64,000 nucleotides of DNA, from IMG/VR virus record IMGVR_UViG_3300025789_001072, positions 1 to 64,000 of that record. The stretch is one strand, 5' to 3'. The stretch is from a virus. The position numbers and the translations under genes were made by a program. This document shows positions 38,593 through 48,973 of the stretch, in pieces (positions within the stretch are counted from its first letter, which is position 1; the number at the start of each line of letters is the position of its first letter). Under the pieces are notes generated by a model. The model was not told where the DNA came from. It saw only the letters and a list, made by a program, of their open reading frames with translations, and did not search any database.

Positions 38593-40865
38593 TATGCACC
38601 TATTAGTTTAATGACTTTGGCAGATTTCTGTAAACTTGCCAAATCATAATTCAAGATACCACGGTCGAAAAACTCAAGAATCTTCTGTGGCGTTGCACTA
38701 AATTCCTGCGTGACATACGCATGATATTCACTATCGTCAATACAAGCCTTTAGACTATCACGTATTGTAACCTGATTTGTCATAAATGTCAAGTAGGGAA
38801 GATGCTCAACGATGGTAGTAAGAACCTTACGAGCCTTATCAACCGCATCTAGATTAGCATCACGTTCGTTATTATTATTTTGCTGCTTACTGGATGAAGA
38901 TTCACCGTAAGTTTTACCACGTTCAGCAATTTGAGTTTCTTCGAGATTATCATAAGCAATATTGCCGTTAGCAAGAGCAATGATTTCTGTCAGGCTCATC
39001 TTAGTCAGATCAGCTTGTTTGCCAACCATACGACTTAACGTGTCACGGTTAAGTAGCTGCTGCAAATAATCATCTGGATTTATCTTAACCGCACCATCAG
39101 GCGTTGCTGAAAAGATATCAATCGTAGCAATAACCTTACGTTGTGCATCAACTATTTCAATACCATCACGCTTGGCAATATTCTGTGCAGCGGCAACCAA
39201 CATTGTATCAAATTTATCATCACGATTTGGATCAAATGACAAACTAAAAATACGTCCAATCTTGCCAGCATCTAGAGGAGTAAGAGCACGACTGATCTTT
39301 TGTGTAGTAGCGCCAGCATCACCTTCATCATAGCATAAAAATAGATTAGTAATTTCACCAATGCTGTAACTACGCTGAGCCATACCACGGCTAAGAATAA
39401 GAACAGGTGTGTTTGACTCCTTTGCTTTGGCAACTACTTCCTTTGTAATTTCTTCGGCATTCTCATTCTTAATCTTGATACCATTATAGGTGCCAGCGCC
39501 ACTAATCTCTAAAATTATCCAACCTTTTAACGCTGATTGCGTGTATGCAACAACATCCTTAAGGTCTTTATTTCGCATACCGCCTGGCAGAAACATCATT
39601 GATGCTTGAAAGCTGTCACTGACATTTGTTTGATATGAAATGTTAAGTTCATCAAGATTATTCTTACCAAGAAACATAGCCTCAAGCATACGAACCCAGA
39701 AACCTTTTGCACGAGAAGGTTTCTTAGAAAATTTAGTCCAACTTGGCAAATTATCCTTATCAATCATAACCGTTGGATCAAGGCGACATGCTTGAGCAAG
39801 AGCATTATTGATATCAAGCTGATAGAACTGTGTATCAACCACCTTATCAACACGACTATAATCAATATCAAAGTTCTTTAACGTATTGCTATGATAGACG
39901 CTGCCACCGTTTAATACTTCTTTTTTAATAATAAGAAGTTCTGGATATACAACAGAAAGATAGTGGTCAATTTTCCAATTGCCGCATGCACGATCACCAT
40001 TAGTACCAGTCATTAGCACAACATGATCATTAGATTTTACTGCAGCAATAAATGGCTCTGTTTGATTTTTAGTATGTGCGCCAAAGTCTGCTTCATCAAT
40101 AAAAAGCAACCGTGGTTGTTCAAGATTAAACAAATAATCAATACGATCTTGCCGCAACGAACCGCCGACCATGCTAAGCAATACAATAACTTGCTGATCG
40201 TTGTCAAGAGCAGTTTGAACATCTGCTTGATATGTTGCACTGGATGCTTCGACCACTACCATATTACGAAATTGTTCATACTTTGCTAATTCATTTTTAA
40301 AACTAGCAAATGATGTAAGAACATAACTGGCAATAATAGTTAATCGTGAATTAAGTTCGTGAGCAAGAGCCGCTGCCCAAATTGTTTTACCAAAGCGAGC
40401 ACACAATTCTGCTAATGTAATCTGTTTGTTTTCGCCAATTGTAGCAATAACATTTTCAGCCGCTGCATATTGCCAAGGACTAAGACCAACTTTAGAACGT
40501 TCTATGCCCCATGAATTAATATATTGGTTAATGCGAAGCATTGCGGTTTCAAAGTGAACTGCATGATGCTCATCTTGTGGATCAACACGATATCCGATAG
40601 CAGGACGAATATAATCATCCATCTTTGCCTTTGCATAATTACGGTTAACTGCAGTTGCAATTTCAGTTACATCCCAGAAGCCATCAATAACAACCTTGCC
40701 GTTATCATAGTCACGCTTGTTAACACCAAGACTTTGGCGAACACGATTAATAACCGCAGTTTCAATGTCTTCGCCTGTTAATACAAATGTTTGTCCAAAT
40801 TTAACCTCATTTGGATTATTGATAAAATGATGCAAATATACAACCATGCTACCTTCGGTATTCAT
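38592..40865 (-). CDS. restriction-like SF2 helicase with possible N-terminal GIY-YIG-like nuclease
   Basis: ARFGKT, LFIDEADFGAH, MTGT, QKISRALT; N-terminal VY...VKFGQT. Confidence 0.65.
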   Translation of the reverse strand: MNTEGSMVVYLHHFINNPNEVKFGQTFVLTGEDIETAVINRVRQSLGVNKRDYDNGKVVIDGFWDVTEIATAVNRNYAKAKMDDYIRPAIGYRVDPQDEHHAVHFETAMLRINQYINSWGIERSKVGLSPWQYAAAENVIATIGENKQITLAELCARFGKTIWAAALAHELNSRLTIIASYVLTSFASFKNELAKYEQFRNMVVVEASSATYQADVQTALDNDQQVIVLLSMVGGSLRQDRIDYLFNLEQPRLLFIDEADFGAHTKNQTEPFIAAVKSNDHVVLMTGTNGDRACGNWKIDHYLSVVYPELLIIKKEVLNGGSVYHSNTLKNFDIDYSRVDKVVDTQFYQLDINNALAQACRLDPTVMIDKDNLPSWTKFSKKPSRAKGFWVRMLEAMFLGKNNLDELNISYQTNVSDSFQASMMFLPGGMRNKDLKDVVAYTQSALKGWIILEISGAGTYNGIKIKNENAEEITKEVVAKAKESNTPVLILSRGMAQRSYSIGEITNLFLCYDEGDAGATTQKISRALTPLDAGKIGRIFSLSFDPNRDDKFDTMLVAAAQNIAKRDGIEIVDAQRKVIATIDIFSATPDGAVKINPDDYLQQLLNRDTLSRMVGKQADLTKMSLTEIIALANGNIAYDNLEETQIAERGKTYGESSSSKQQNNNNERDANLDAVDKARKVLTTIVEHLPYLTFMTNQVTIRDSLKACIDDSEYHAYVTQEFSATPQKILEFFDRGILNYDLASLQKSAKVIKLIGA

Positions 40866-40866
40866 A

Positions 40867-41304
40867 TTACTTTACTTTCTTCTGTGATTGTTTAAACATT
40901 TTATACAATCCAAGTTCACGACCAAAGGCTTCAATCTCCCAAGGACAATCCCAATAGTTCATATCTTCTGGATAATACTCACCAGCAAAACGATACATGC
41001 GCTTACGAGAGTTGAAGCCAAACTTGTCACACACATGCTGCTTGACATGCACCATCTCATGGGCGAGCGCCAACAATATAGACCGCTCGCCCATGTCAGC
41101 ATCAACCGTGATAGTAAACTCTTTACCATCATCATTGACACAATCAGCATAATTGCCTTGGTTCTTCAAAAAACCTTTTTCAAAGTCAATATGCACGTCT
41201 ACCTTCGCATGTTTCTTCATGAGATAATCGGCATAGAAACCCATCGCTGCCTTGACGGTTTTGTGGTCAATCTTGGAAGGCTTGCCAGAAATCGTGAGGA
41301 ACAT
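40867..41304 (-). CDS. HExxH metallopeptidase-like protein
   Basis: LAHEMVHVKQ and PWEIEA. Confidence 0.75.
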   Translation of the reverse strand: MFLTISGKPSKIDHKTVKAAMGFYADYLMKKHAKVDVHIDFEKGFLKNQGNYADCVNDDGKEFTITVDADMGERSILLALAHEMVHVKQHVCDKFGFNSRKRMYRFAGEYYPEDMNYWDCPWEIEAFGRELGLYKMFKQSQKKVK

Positions 41305-41344
41305 GCGATATCTCCATTGCTTATATTCTCAATATAACATGGAT

Positions 41345-41815
41345 TTAGGGTTTGTCAAGCATTATTATTTCGTCAAATCCCTCACTCAGATGAGGCATTT
41401 CAAGATGTTCAATCATGCTATCAATAACATTTTGCGGTATCTTCTTGCCCCAACGACTGTCCAATCGGCGTTGCAATTCGGCCTCATCTGGCGTAGGAAA
41501 AAATACCCCAACCTTGATCCAATCCTTGGGTAGCCGTGCCAACCGCAACTTGCGGTGCTTGGCTACCGTGTTGGTTTGATCCCATACAAGCGTCTTGTCC
41601 AAATTGATAGCCATCTGCACTTGCGAGTCACAAAACTTTTGTGCATAGCCAATAGCCTGACTAAACATTTGGTCATAGGTCTTGCCAGCCTTGGCAGCGA
41701 CAGTTTCAATATAAGCATCGCTAGACGCAATGATTGCGTCTTCAAAACCTTGCTTTGTAATCCACGTTGACTTGCCGGAACCTGGCACACCAATTAACAT
41801 ATAACACTTTGTCAT
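41345..41815 (-). CDS. P-loop kinase, polynucleotide 5'-kinase-like
   Basis: LIGVPGSGKST, SSD, WDQTN, lid R...R. Confidence 0.8.
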   Translation of the reverse strand: MTKCYMLIGVPGSGKSTWITKQGFEDAIIASSDAYIETVAAKAGKTYDQMFSQAIGYAQKFCDSQVQMAINLDKTLVWDQTNTVAKHRKLRLARLPKDWIKVGVFFPTPDEAELQRRLDSRWGKKIPQNVIDSMIEHLEMPHLSEGFDEIIMLDKP

Positions 41816-42039
41816 TTTACACCTATCATTTCAACTTCACTATCAGTTTCAATCCAGAGTTTGGCACCACATTTTCGTGGTTTGTCTGAACTATACACCA
41901 TACGAGATGGACCTTTAATATCTACTTCCATACAGTATGTTACCACACCATCCTGTTCAACACGAACAACAGGCTCACTTCTGCCGTGTTTGGCGTTAGC
42001 CTGTATGATGTTTCGATTAATATGGATAATAGTAGTCAT
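41812..42039 (-). CDS. hypothetical protein (IHINRNII...CGAKLWIET)
   Basis: Start re-placed at MTTIIH, directly after the phosphatase stop. Confidence 0.65.
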   Translation of the reverse strand: MTTIIHINRNIIQANAKHGRSEPVVRVEQDGVVTYCMEVDIKGPSRMVYSSDKPRKCGAKLWIETDSEVEMIGVK

Positions 42040-42040
42040 A

Positions 42041-42490
42041 TCAAAAATTACCTTCGGCAACCTGCAACACACGAACGCCACATGCACGGATGGCATCAAC
42101 AACCTGATTACGGTCATCAAACCACAGCCAAGGCTCGCCAAAGTCGCTACGGATTTGGTCAAACAATTCTACTTTGACAATGCTATCCTTGCGATAGTCC
42201 CTTTCCGCTCGCATGTAAAGCCGCTTGTATGGAACGGTATGCGTTGCCAACCACTTCTCGGTTACCGCACGAGTTTCCTCGCCACGACCGCTGCAAAAGA
42301 TGATAATGTCGCCCCGTGAATGAAACACATCCAACAGCAATGAGATGTCTGCATGAACAGTGTCATTTGCCATACCAGCGTTCCAAGCAGCCCAGTTCTT
42401 TGGCTTGCTTGCAACCCAATGCTTGCGGTGTTCAGTGTTGGCAATCGTGCCATCAATGTCACATACGATAATCTTGTTCACTTTAACCAT
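42041..42490 (-). CDS. HAD phosphatase, T4 PNK 3'-phosphatase-like
   Basis: DIDGT, SGR, LYMR...RKD.IVK, FDDR.QVV, QVAEGNF. Confidence 0.88.
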   Translation of the reverse strand: MVKVNKIIVCDIDGTIANTEHRKHWVASKPKNWAAWNAGMANDTVHADISLLLDVFHSRGDIIIFCSGRGEETRAVTEKWLATHTVPYKRLYMRAERDYRKDSIVKVELFDQIRSDFGEPWLWFDDRNQVVDAIRACGVRVLQVAEGNF

Positions 42491-42633
42491 TCCTTGTGAT
42501 AGCCAATAAGCGTCTTGATTTGATCTTGACTAAGTTCGCCGTTGGACAGGAGACCCGCCATATACGAGTCATAAATCATGTTCTTTTTGTCACAATAAAG
42601 TGACACCAGAAAGCGTAATTTGTCCATGTCATA
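42478..42633 (-). CDS. small hypothetical protein
   Basis: Start probably MYDMDK after SD AAGGAG. Confidence 0.5.
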   Translation of the reverse strand, partial: YDMDKLRFLVSLYCDKKNMIYDSYMAGLLSNGELSQDQIKTLIGYHKEWLK

Positions 42634-42690
42634 CATCGTTTGCGTTCTCCTTATATCCAAATATAACACAGGTTTAAGGGTTGTCAAGCA

Positions 42691-43500
42691 TTATTTTAAC
42701 TTAACGTATTGTGGATTTATGTTATTTTTTAATAAATCGTCAACTTTGTCGATATCTTGTATCTTTCCAACAATTATGACACCGTTTGTATTTTCAAGGG
42801 TCCAATCGGGTATATTATGATGTGTTAACCATTCTTCTTTATATTGATTCCACCAGCTATTAAATTTATCAACATCAATATTTGGAAATAAATCACAATT
42901 TGTTAATGCTATGTTTAATTGTGGTTTTATTATCAACCATGGTTTTATTAATTCTTTAATGCGGTTTATATCATTCGGTTCGCCATCTTTCCAGTACCTA
43001 TATATTTTTTTACCTAATTCAGCCCATGTAATAAAAATATCACCACGTTTAACAATAGTTGTTAAATTTTTTGTATATTCATGATCATATGGTTTATTAA
43101 AATATCCAGCTTTTTCATCATATGTTATAAAAAATACATTTTTACTTGGCTTATAATAGTCTTCACACAGATGTATCATTTCATGAAATATTAACCAATT
43201 ATGATTTTTTCCATCGTAATTTTTTTCGTATAATTCATGTAAGTGGTTGCAATAAGATTGCGCTGAGTCACCGTGTAGATTATCTATGTTAACAATAATT
43301 GACAATTTTTCAGCGAAGTTTTTTAATTTTAACACATGCTCAGCATATATTATATTTTCAGTATAATATGGATTTTGAAAATCATGGAAGTCCAACGGAA
43401 TATGTTGTAGATGCTTAAAACATTTTTGTATATATTCTCGCAACGGAGAATCTATTAATTCAAATTGTACTGTTTCATTATTATTAAAAATAATTTTCAT
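42691..43500 (-). CDS. hypothetical protein, AT-rich
   Basis: 269-aa ORF with NHLHELYE and HEMIHLCE motifs. Confidence 0.65.
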   Translation of the reverse strand: MKIIFNNNETVQFELIDSPLREYIQKCFKHLQHIPLDFHDFQNPYYTENIIYAEHVLKLKNFAEKLSIIVNIDNLHGDSAQSYCNHLHELYEKNYDGKNHNWLIFHEMIHLCEDYYKPSKNVFFITYDEKAGYFNKPYDHEYTKNLTTIVKRGDIFITWAELGKKIYRYWKDGEPNDINRIKELIKPWLIIKPQLNIALTNCDLFPNIDVDKFNSWWNQYKEEWLTHHNIPDWTLENTNGVIIVGKIQDIDKVDDLLKNNINPQYVKLK

Positions 43501-43519
43501 AAATTTACTTATAAAACGC

Positions 43520-43547
43520 TTGACAACCGCCCCAAATATGTTATTAT
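43520..43547 (+). promoter_or_regulatory. sigma70-like promoter TTGACA-N16-TATTAT
   Basis: Same motif class, at the start of a plus-strand unit. Confidence 0.6.
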
Positions 43548-43576
43548 GAGGATATTATCAATAGAGAGAAAACACC

Positions 43577-43798
43577 ATGAGCAATCAACGTGCAGGCAAA
43601 ACCCATTCGGCAGCCCTTGTAGATGGTGACAAGGTTTCCCTTACGTCCATTATCAAGTTTCTCAAAGATGCCAAGACCGATCTCGAAAAGAGCGGCGAGG
43701 AAGATGCTGCTCTTCGGTTTGAAATTCTTGCTGACTATCTTGTGCAAGACTATCGTGGTGGTGGCTTCAAATATTCTAGCAAGATGATCGGACTGTAA
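43577..43798 (+). CDS. hypothetical protein
   Basis: 73-aa ORF after promoter. Confidence 0.6.
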   Translation: MSNQRAGKTHSAALVDGDKVSLTSIIKFLKDAKTDLEKSGEEDAALRFEILADYLVQDYRGGGFKYSSKMIGL

Positions 43799-43808
43799 TA
43801 ACTACAGT

Positions 43809-44510
43809 ATGACCAATGACTCCAGTGAACTGCTCCTAATGTTTCCGCTAGCAGTGTACAAGGCAATGCTAGCGGATAGCGATTCAATAAATCAAATATT
43901 CTTTGATAATATTGAAGCCTATACTTTTAGCAGTTCACTGGATACGCTAACTGGTGATTTCTTAGGCAAAGGCAATATACATCATAATCCGCTATTCAAA
44001 CCTTTCTTTGATAAGGTAAGTGAACATGCCACCAAATATATGGCAACGCTAGGTGTCAACACCGATATCTTTGATTTGTTTGTGAACAAATGTTGGTTGA
44101 GTATTATTGATACTCCGCAATATAATATGAGTTATCACACTCATACAGTTGCTGACATTTCTTTTGTATATTATTTGCAGATTCCAGAAAATAGTGACCT
44201 AATTTCATTTGCAAACCGTCACAAACAAAACGAATTATTTCCAAACTTGCTAGACAGTGATCGTCCGTTAGAGCAAACAATGCTCACGGAGATAAATTCA
44301 TTTAATTGTAGCACCTATAACATAATGCCGCAGAGTGGATTGTTGTTGATGTTTCCTGGCAAACAATCACATGGCACAATTAAAAATGCTGCTGGTGATT
44401 TTAACGGCACCCGTATTGCTGTTGTTGGCGATATGAGTTTATTTTTTAAACCAGGATTTGAAAATACTGATTATGGCAGACTACCATTTAATTACATGAG
44501 AAAAATATGA
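43809..44510 (+). CDS. putative 2OG-Fe(II) oxygenase
   Basis: HTH...ISFVYYL, LLMFPG..SH, RIAV motifs. Confidence 0.75.
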   Translation: MTNDSSELLLMFPLAVYKAMLADSDSINQIFFDNIEAYTFSSSLDTLTGDFLGKGNIHHNPLFKPFFDKVSEHATKYMATLGVNTDIFDLFVNKCWLSIIDTPQYNMSYHTHTVADISFVYYLQIPENSDLISFANRHKQNELFPNLLDSDRPLEQTMLTEINSFNCSTYNIMPQSGLLLMFPGKQSHGTIKNAAGDFNGTRIAVVGDMSLFFKPGFENTDYGRLPFNYMRKI

Positions 44511-45721
44511 CAGATTGTAAACCCCTACGCCGTTGCCTATGCTGTGGCAATCATAGCCTTAAACTTACTCTCGACTTGGGTTCTCAGCCGCTTGCCAATA
44601 GTTTTAAGGCAACGGCTAGTGAACCTGAAAATACATATCCACTTGCAGTTAATTATTGTGCTGACTGTTCGCACCTACAACTTACCCATGCTGTTGATGG
44701 CAATATTATCTTCAAGAATTATCTTTATGTGAGTGGTACTAGTCTCACTATGCAGAATTATTTCGCATGGTTTGCAGATTATGTCATGGAGTATTTTCCA
44801 GATGTTAAACCTCGCAAGGTTCTGGAAATTGGCTGCAATGACGGCACACAGTTAAACTATTTTAAGAAACATGGATTAGAAACAGTGGGTATCGATCCTG
44901 CAGAAAACATCTATCCAATCTCTTCCAAGAACCACAAGATTATTTGTGATTTCCTAACACCAGAAGCCTTACTCAAAGTAGGCAAGACACCTGATATCAT
45001 CTACGCACAGAATGTATTTGCGCACCAAGATGATCCAGAAACTTTTCTGAAACTATGTCGTAATATCATGAATCCTAACACGCTGTTGTTTATTCAAAAC
45101 TCACAGAGTGATATGATACAGAATAACGAGTTTGATACCATCTATCATGAGCACCGTAATTTCTTCTCCGTAAAGAGTTTATACACGCTTGCTAGCAGTG
45201 TTGGCTTGAACATGATTGATGTGTTCAAAGGAACTATTCATGGTGGCAGCAATATCTTTGTGTTCTCAACGGACCAACATAGTCCTGCTCGTATATCCTC
45301 GTATCTTGATTGGGAGCGTATTCAGGGATTGCATGATTATAGCACATACCAAAGTTGGGCAGAAGGTGCCAAGCGCACAGTTAATGACCTTTCAATGGTC
45401 CTAGATGGGCAGCGCAAGGCTCACCAGCGGCTTATAGTAGGCTATGGAGCGCCAGCAAAGGGTAATACGCTTCTTAACTTTGGCAATATCAATATGGACT
45501 TTATCATTGATGATAATCCACTAAAACAAGGCAAATTTACGCCTGGCATGAGCATACCTGTTGTCACGATAGATGAACTTAAAAAGTATCCTGACCGTGA
45601 AATTTGCTTTGTGCCGCTAGCATGGAACTTCTTTGATGAGATTGTAGGACGTATTCGCAAGGTTCGCAACTTCAAGGGCGATGTATTCGTCAAGTATTTC
45701 CCAGAGATCGTAATCTCCTAA
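44507..45721 (+). CDS. NDP-sugar C-methyltransferase family protein
   Basis: Zn site CLCC...CADC, LEIGCNDG, FDTIYHEH, HGGS, YGAPAKGNTLLN. Confidence 0.88.
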   Translation: MTDCKPLRRCLCCGNHSLKLTLDLGSQPLANSFKATASEPENTYPLAVNYCADCSHLQLTHAVDGNIIFKNYLYVSGTSLTMQNYFAWFADYVMEYFPDVKPRKVLEIGCNDGTQLNYFKKHGLETVGIDPAENIYPISSKNHKIICDFLTPEALLKVGKTPDIIYAQNVFAHQDDPETFLKLCRNIMNPNTLLFIQNSQSDMIQNNEFDTIYHEHRNFFSVKSLYTLASSVGLNMIDVFKGTIHGGSNIFVFSTDQHSPARISSYLDWERIQGLHDYSTYQSWAEGAKRTVNDLSMVLDGQRKAHQRLIVGYGAPAKGNTLLNFGNINMDFIIDDNPLKQGKFTPGMSIPVVTIDELKKYPDREICFVPLAWNFFDEIVGRIRKVRNFKGDVFVKYFPEIVIS

Positions 45722-45744
45722 ATAATTGTAGGAGATTACCCACG

Positions 45745-46362
45745 ATGAACAACGATATCAGATATACAATGTTAGTCCTTGAAGGACTTGAAATCAACCA
45801 TCGCATGGATAGTGATGTGTTAGACATGATTCGTGGTCTCATGGTCGAGAGTGAACAACTTGATGAAGGTGTATTGGATACCATCAAGGACAAGGCTGCT
45901 GCTTTTGCCGATAAAGTAAAAGACAGTGCCAAGAATATTCTTCCAAGTATAACACAGAAATTTGATAATGTGTTGGCACAGGTTCGTACTAAACAAGGTG
46001 AAGAAACTGCCGATGCCATTGAAGATGAAATGCGCAAAAAAGGCGGTAGTGATTGGAAAACCAATAGTGTAAAGATTGCAGCAGCCCTAGCAGTTGCAAG
46101 TAGTCTGGCACAAGCATCACCTGCACAGGCACGTGATATGTATATGCGCATGTCGCCATTTCAGGCACAACAATATGCGATGCAGAACCAGGCAAATTGG
46201 TCACGTCAGCAAGCAATGTGGGGACAACGCAATTTTAATCGTCCAATGCCACAGGGTTATTATCAGGGCAATCAGGGTGGTGGTAATGATGCAGCCGCAC
46301 TTGCTATTGGTGTTATGATTGGCGCAGCACTTGGCGCAGCATTAAGTCAGCCACACAAATAA
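45745..46362 (+). CDS. hypothetical protein (EQLDEG motif, Q-rich, hydrophobic C-terminus)
   Basis: 205-aa ORF with TAAATA and SD AGGAG upstream. Confidence 0.65.
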   Translation: MNNDIRYTMLVLEGLEINHRMDSDVLDMIRGLMVESEQLDEGVLDTIKDKAAAFADKVKDSAKNILPSITQKFDNVLAQVRTKQGEETADAIEDEMRKKGGSDWKTNSVKIAAALAVASSLAQASPAQARDMYMRMSPFQAQQYAMQNQANWSRQQAMWGQRNFNRPMPQGYYQGNQGGGNDAAALAIGVMIGAALGAALSQPHK

Positions 46363-46377
46363 TAAAATAAATACCCT

Positions 46378-47106
46378 ATGCGCAGTAGAGAATTTATCAC
46401 AGAATCACGAAGAGTCATACTAGAAGGCGGTAATATGTTTACCGATGCTAGTCAGTTTGACCAGAAGTATGCAAAGAATATTACGGACACAGTAAACAAG
46501 GCACTTGCGAAAACTGGTATCAAGGTTATTCCTGTGGGCAGTGGCGCAACACCAACTGCTGGCAAGATGAGCGGTGACTTTGATGTTATGGCAGATGAAG
46601 AAGATGTTAAGAATTACTTTAACGTTCCTGATGCCAAAAGTGCTCGTAAAGCCCTAAATGATTACTTACATAGTCTAGGTTTTAATACTGCACAAAGCGG
46701 CATCAATGTTCATATTCTAGTTCCGCTGCCTGATGGTGCAAAGGCACAAACTGATATTATGGTCACGCCGCAGGCAGCAACAATATCTAAGTTTCATGTG
46801 CACTCAGTGCCACAGGGAAGCCCGTACAAGGGCAAGAACAAGATTTTGCTTATGACGCTACTTGCTAAACAAAAAGGTATGTTATGGAGTCCATGGCAAG
46901 GTTTGTTTATGCGTGATGCCAGTGGCAAGAAAGGCGAGTTTGTATCTAACGATATTGATCAGGTTGCTAAAACACTAATTGGTGGCAACGCAAGTGGTAA
47001 AGATTTAGGCAGTGTTGAAAGTATTCTAGGTGCCATGCCACAAGACCAGGCACAACGTTTATTAACAGATATTCGTACCGATCCTAATTGGGAAGAAGCA
47101 CGATGA
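46378..47106 (+). CDS. putative Pol-beta-type nucleotidyltransferase-like protein
   Basis: VGSG...SGDFDV plus later QTDIM Asp; N-terminus MRSREFITE. Confidence 0.55.
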   Translation: MRSREFITESRRVILEGGNMFTDASQFDQKYAKNITDTVNKALAKTGIKVIPVGSGATPTAGKMSGDFDVMADEEDVKNYFNVPDAKSARKALNDYLHSLGFNTAQSGINVHILVPLPDGAKAQTDIMVTPQAATISKFHVHSVPQGSPYKGKNKILLMTLLAKQKGMLWSPWQGLFMRDASGKKGEFVSNDIDQVAKTLIGGNASGKDLGSVESILGAMPQDQAQRLLTDIRTDPNWEEAR

Positions 47107-48548
47107 GAGCAAAAGATATATTAGTTAAAGAAGCAAGCATTATTCGTAAACTTGGTGAAAAATATCACTATGGTATGAAGTTTATATTGCGTGGAAAAAA
47201 TGGTGATACTTTAACAAATATTATCAAAACAAGTGGTGTTCCTGATTTTAATAAAACAGAAGAACTAACTCTAATACAAAACAACCCACCTGGCGACGTT
47301 GATGAAGTTCAATTTGGGCGTGGAAATAATGTTATTACTTTTGAACGACCAAATGGAAAATTTTTACAAATAATTGGTACTCAAAGTAATATTGAAAATT
47401 CAATAAGCGCAGCATCCAGTGAAAAAACAAGCAGAGGTGGCAACATAGGCGATTTAAGTGAACCTGTGTTAAGCGCAGCAGTTATTGCAAAACTTATCAA
47501 GCGTGGTGGTTCAAATGTTGAAGATATTACTGGCGATGATGTAAAAACAGTATTAAATGGCGCACTTGCAAATGATGGCTTAGTCTATAACGTTTTTGAT
47601 CAAAATAGTAGAATTGCTGATAATATTGAATTTTCAATGAGACTGCGTGATGATACAAAGATGTTTATTAATAGTCCTCTCTTTTGGCCAAAGTATGATC
47701 CTATTTTACCAAGCGTAGTGCATTATGCCAATAGTGGGCAGATTGACAAATATGCAGATTATTTTTATAAAAACGGAAAAGTTGATAAAGTTCGTGTTAT
47801 ATCCGATGGCGTAAGTGACGCAAAGGCACGAAAAACAGATGTTGAGGCTTTAGTTTTTAATGAAAAAACTGGACAGGTGGATAGACCACTTCAAAATTTA
47901 AATTTAAGTTTGAAAGCGGGTAGTAATAAACTTGGTATAGTTGGTGGTGGTTCACTAAACAAATACAAATTAAGTGGCAAGGAAAAAGGTACAGAAAACG
48001 CAACCTATATACAAGCTAATGCACAGAAGTTATTCGGTGAATTAGGTGTTGGGGTTCCAGAATATAACGGCAGACAATCAAAAGCACAGTATTGGGATAA
48101 ATGTTACAAGATCGCTGCAACAGAATTGAGAAATATGTTAAAAGATCGAAATGTACGATCAGAAAAACAAATTGTTGAAAAAATAGCAAGAATGATTCAA
48201 TTCCATGCACAGAAATCAGAAGCCAATGTTCGTCTTGTAAACATAGATAGAAAAAATAATATTTCCACTGTCCATACTTTTAAAAATCTAGAAACCAGAT
48301 TAGTAAATTATGACATTGATTTAAATGCCCAGTACATATCAGGATATACTAGAGATGGTGAAAAAAGACCTACTCTCACTATATTTGATAATAATAGTGG
48401 ATATGAAATACTAAGAATTAATGTTATTATAAGTGCCAAGGGTGATTTAAATAATGAGATTCATATGGGTAAATTACTGTCAAAATTGACAGAAATACAG
48501 TTTACCAAAAATAAACCAAAAGAACCTCAACAAGGCAAACTAATATAA
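47103..48548 (+). CDS. hypothetical protein, possible PD-(D/E)XK-like nuclease
   Basis: Start at MRAKDI (ATGA overlap); KTDV...NLSLKAG pattern. Confidence 0.55.
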   Translation: MRAKDILVKEASIIRKLGEKYHYGMKFILRGKNGDTLTNIIKTSGVPDFNKTEELTLIQNNPPGDVDEVQFGRGNNVITFERPNGKFLQIIGTQSNIENSISAASSEKTSRGGNIGDLSEPVLSAAVIAKLIKRGGSNVEDITGDDVKTVLNGALANDGLVYNVFDQNSRIADNIEFSMRLRDDTKMFINSPLFWPKYDPILPSVVHYANSGQIDKYADYFYKNGKVDKVRVISDGVSDAKARKTDVEALVFNEKTGQVDRPLQNLNLSLKAGSNKLGIVGGGSLNKYKLSGKEKGTENATYIQANAQKLFGELGVGVPEYNGRQSKAQYWDKCYKIAATELRNMLKDRNVRSEKQIVEKIARMIQFHAQKSEANVRLVNIDRKNNISTVHTFKNLETRLVNYDIDLNAQYISGYTRDGEKRPTLTIFDNNSGYEILRINVIISAKGDLNNEIHMGKLLSKLTEIQFTKNKPKEPQQGKLI

Positions 48549-48549
48549 G

Positions 48550-48578
48550 AAAATAGCCCCTTTCGGGGCTATTTTTTT
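48550..48578. terminator. bidirectional intrinsic terminator
   Basis: AAAATAGCCCC-TTTC-GGGGCTATTTT between convergent genes. Confidence 0.88.
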
Positions 48579-48939
48579 AAGCATCACGTGAAATATAGTG
48601 ATGACGAATCTTCTGTGGCTTGAAATACTTTTCCACAGTAGAGAATACAAGTTCATTCTCAAATGGCTTGCATGAGAATACATCAATATAGAAATTGCCG
48701 TCATTGTCACAGAAGTGACCAGTGATGTTTGAAGTCTCAATCATCTGACAAAGACTGTAACCAGCCTTATCTGCCGCATGAGTGGCGAAACGTTCAATCC
48801 AAGGCTCGCCAAATGCTGTCATATCAATAACAACAACTAGTTCCTTAATAAAGTTATAGATATTTTCCCGTGAACCGATAAGTTCCTTATCGCCAGCGGT
48901 GCAGTCTAGTAGTAGGTGGTAACCCCAAGTTTTGCTCAT
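48577..48939 (-). CDS. speD: S-adenosylmethionine decarboxylase proenzyme
   Basis: GYHLLLD, IETSNITGH cleavage site, YIDVFSCK. Confidence 0.85.
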   Translation of the reverse strand: MSKTWGYHLLLDCTAGDKELIGSRENIYNFIKELVVVIDMTAFGEPWIERFATHAADKAGYSLCQMIETSNITGHFCDNDGNFYIDVFSCKPFENELVFSTVEKYFKPQKIRHHYISRDA

Positions 48940-48973
48940 GCCAGTTTTCCTTTGTTGATAGCAGTTTGAAGAA

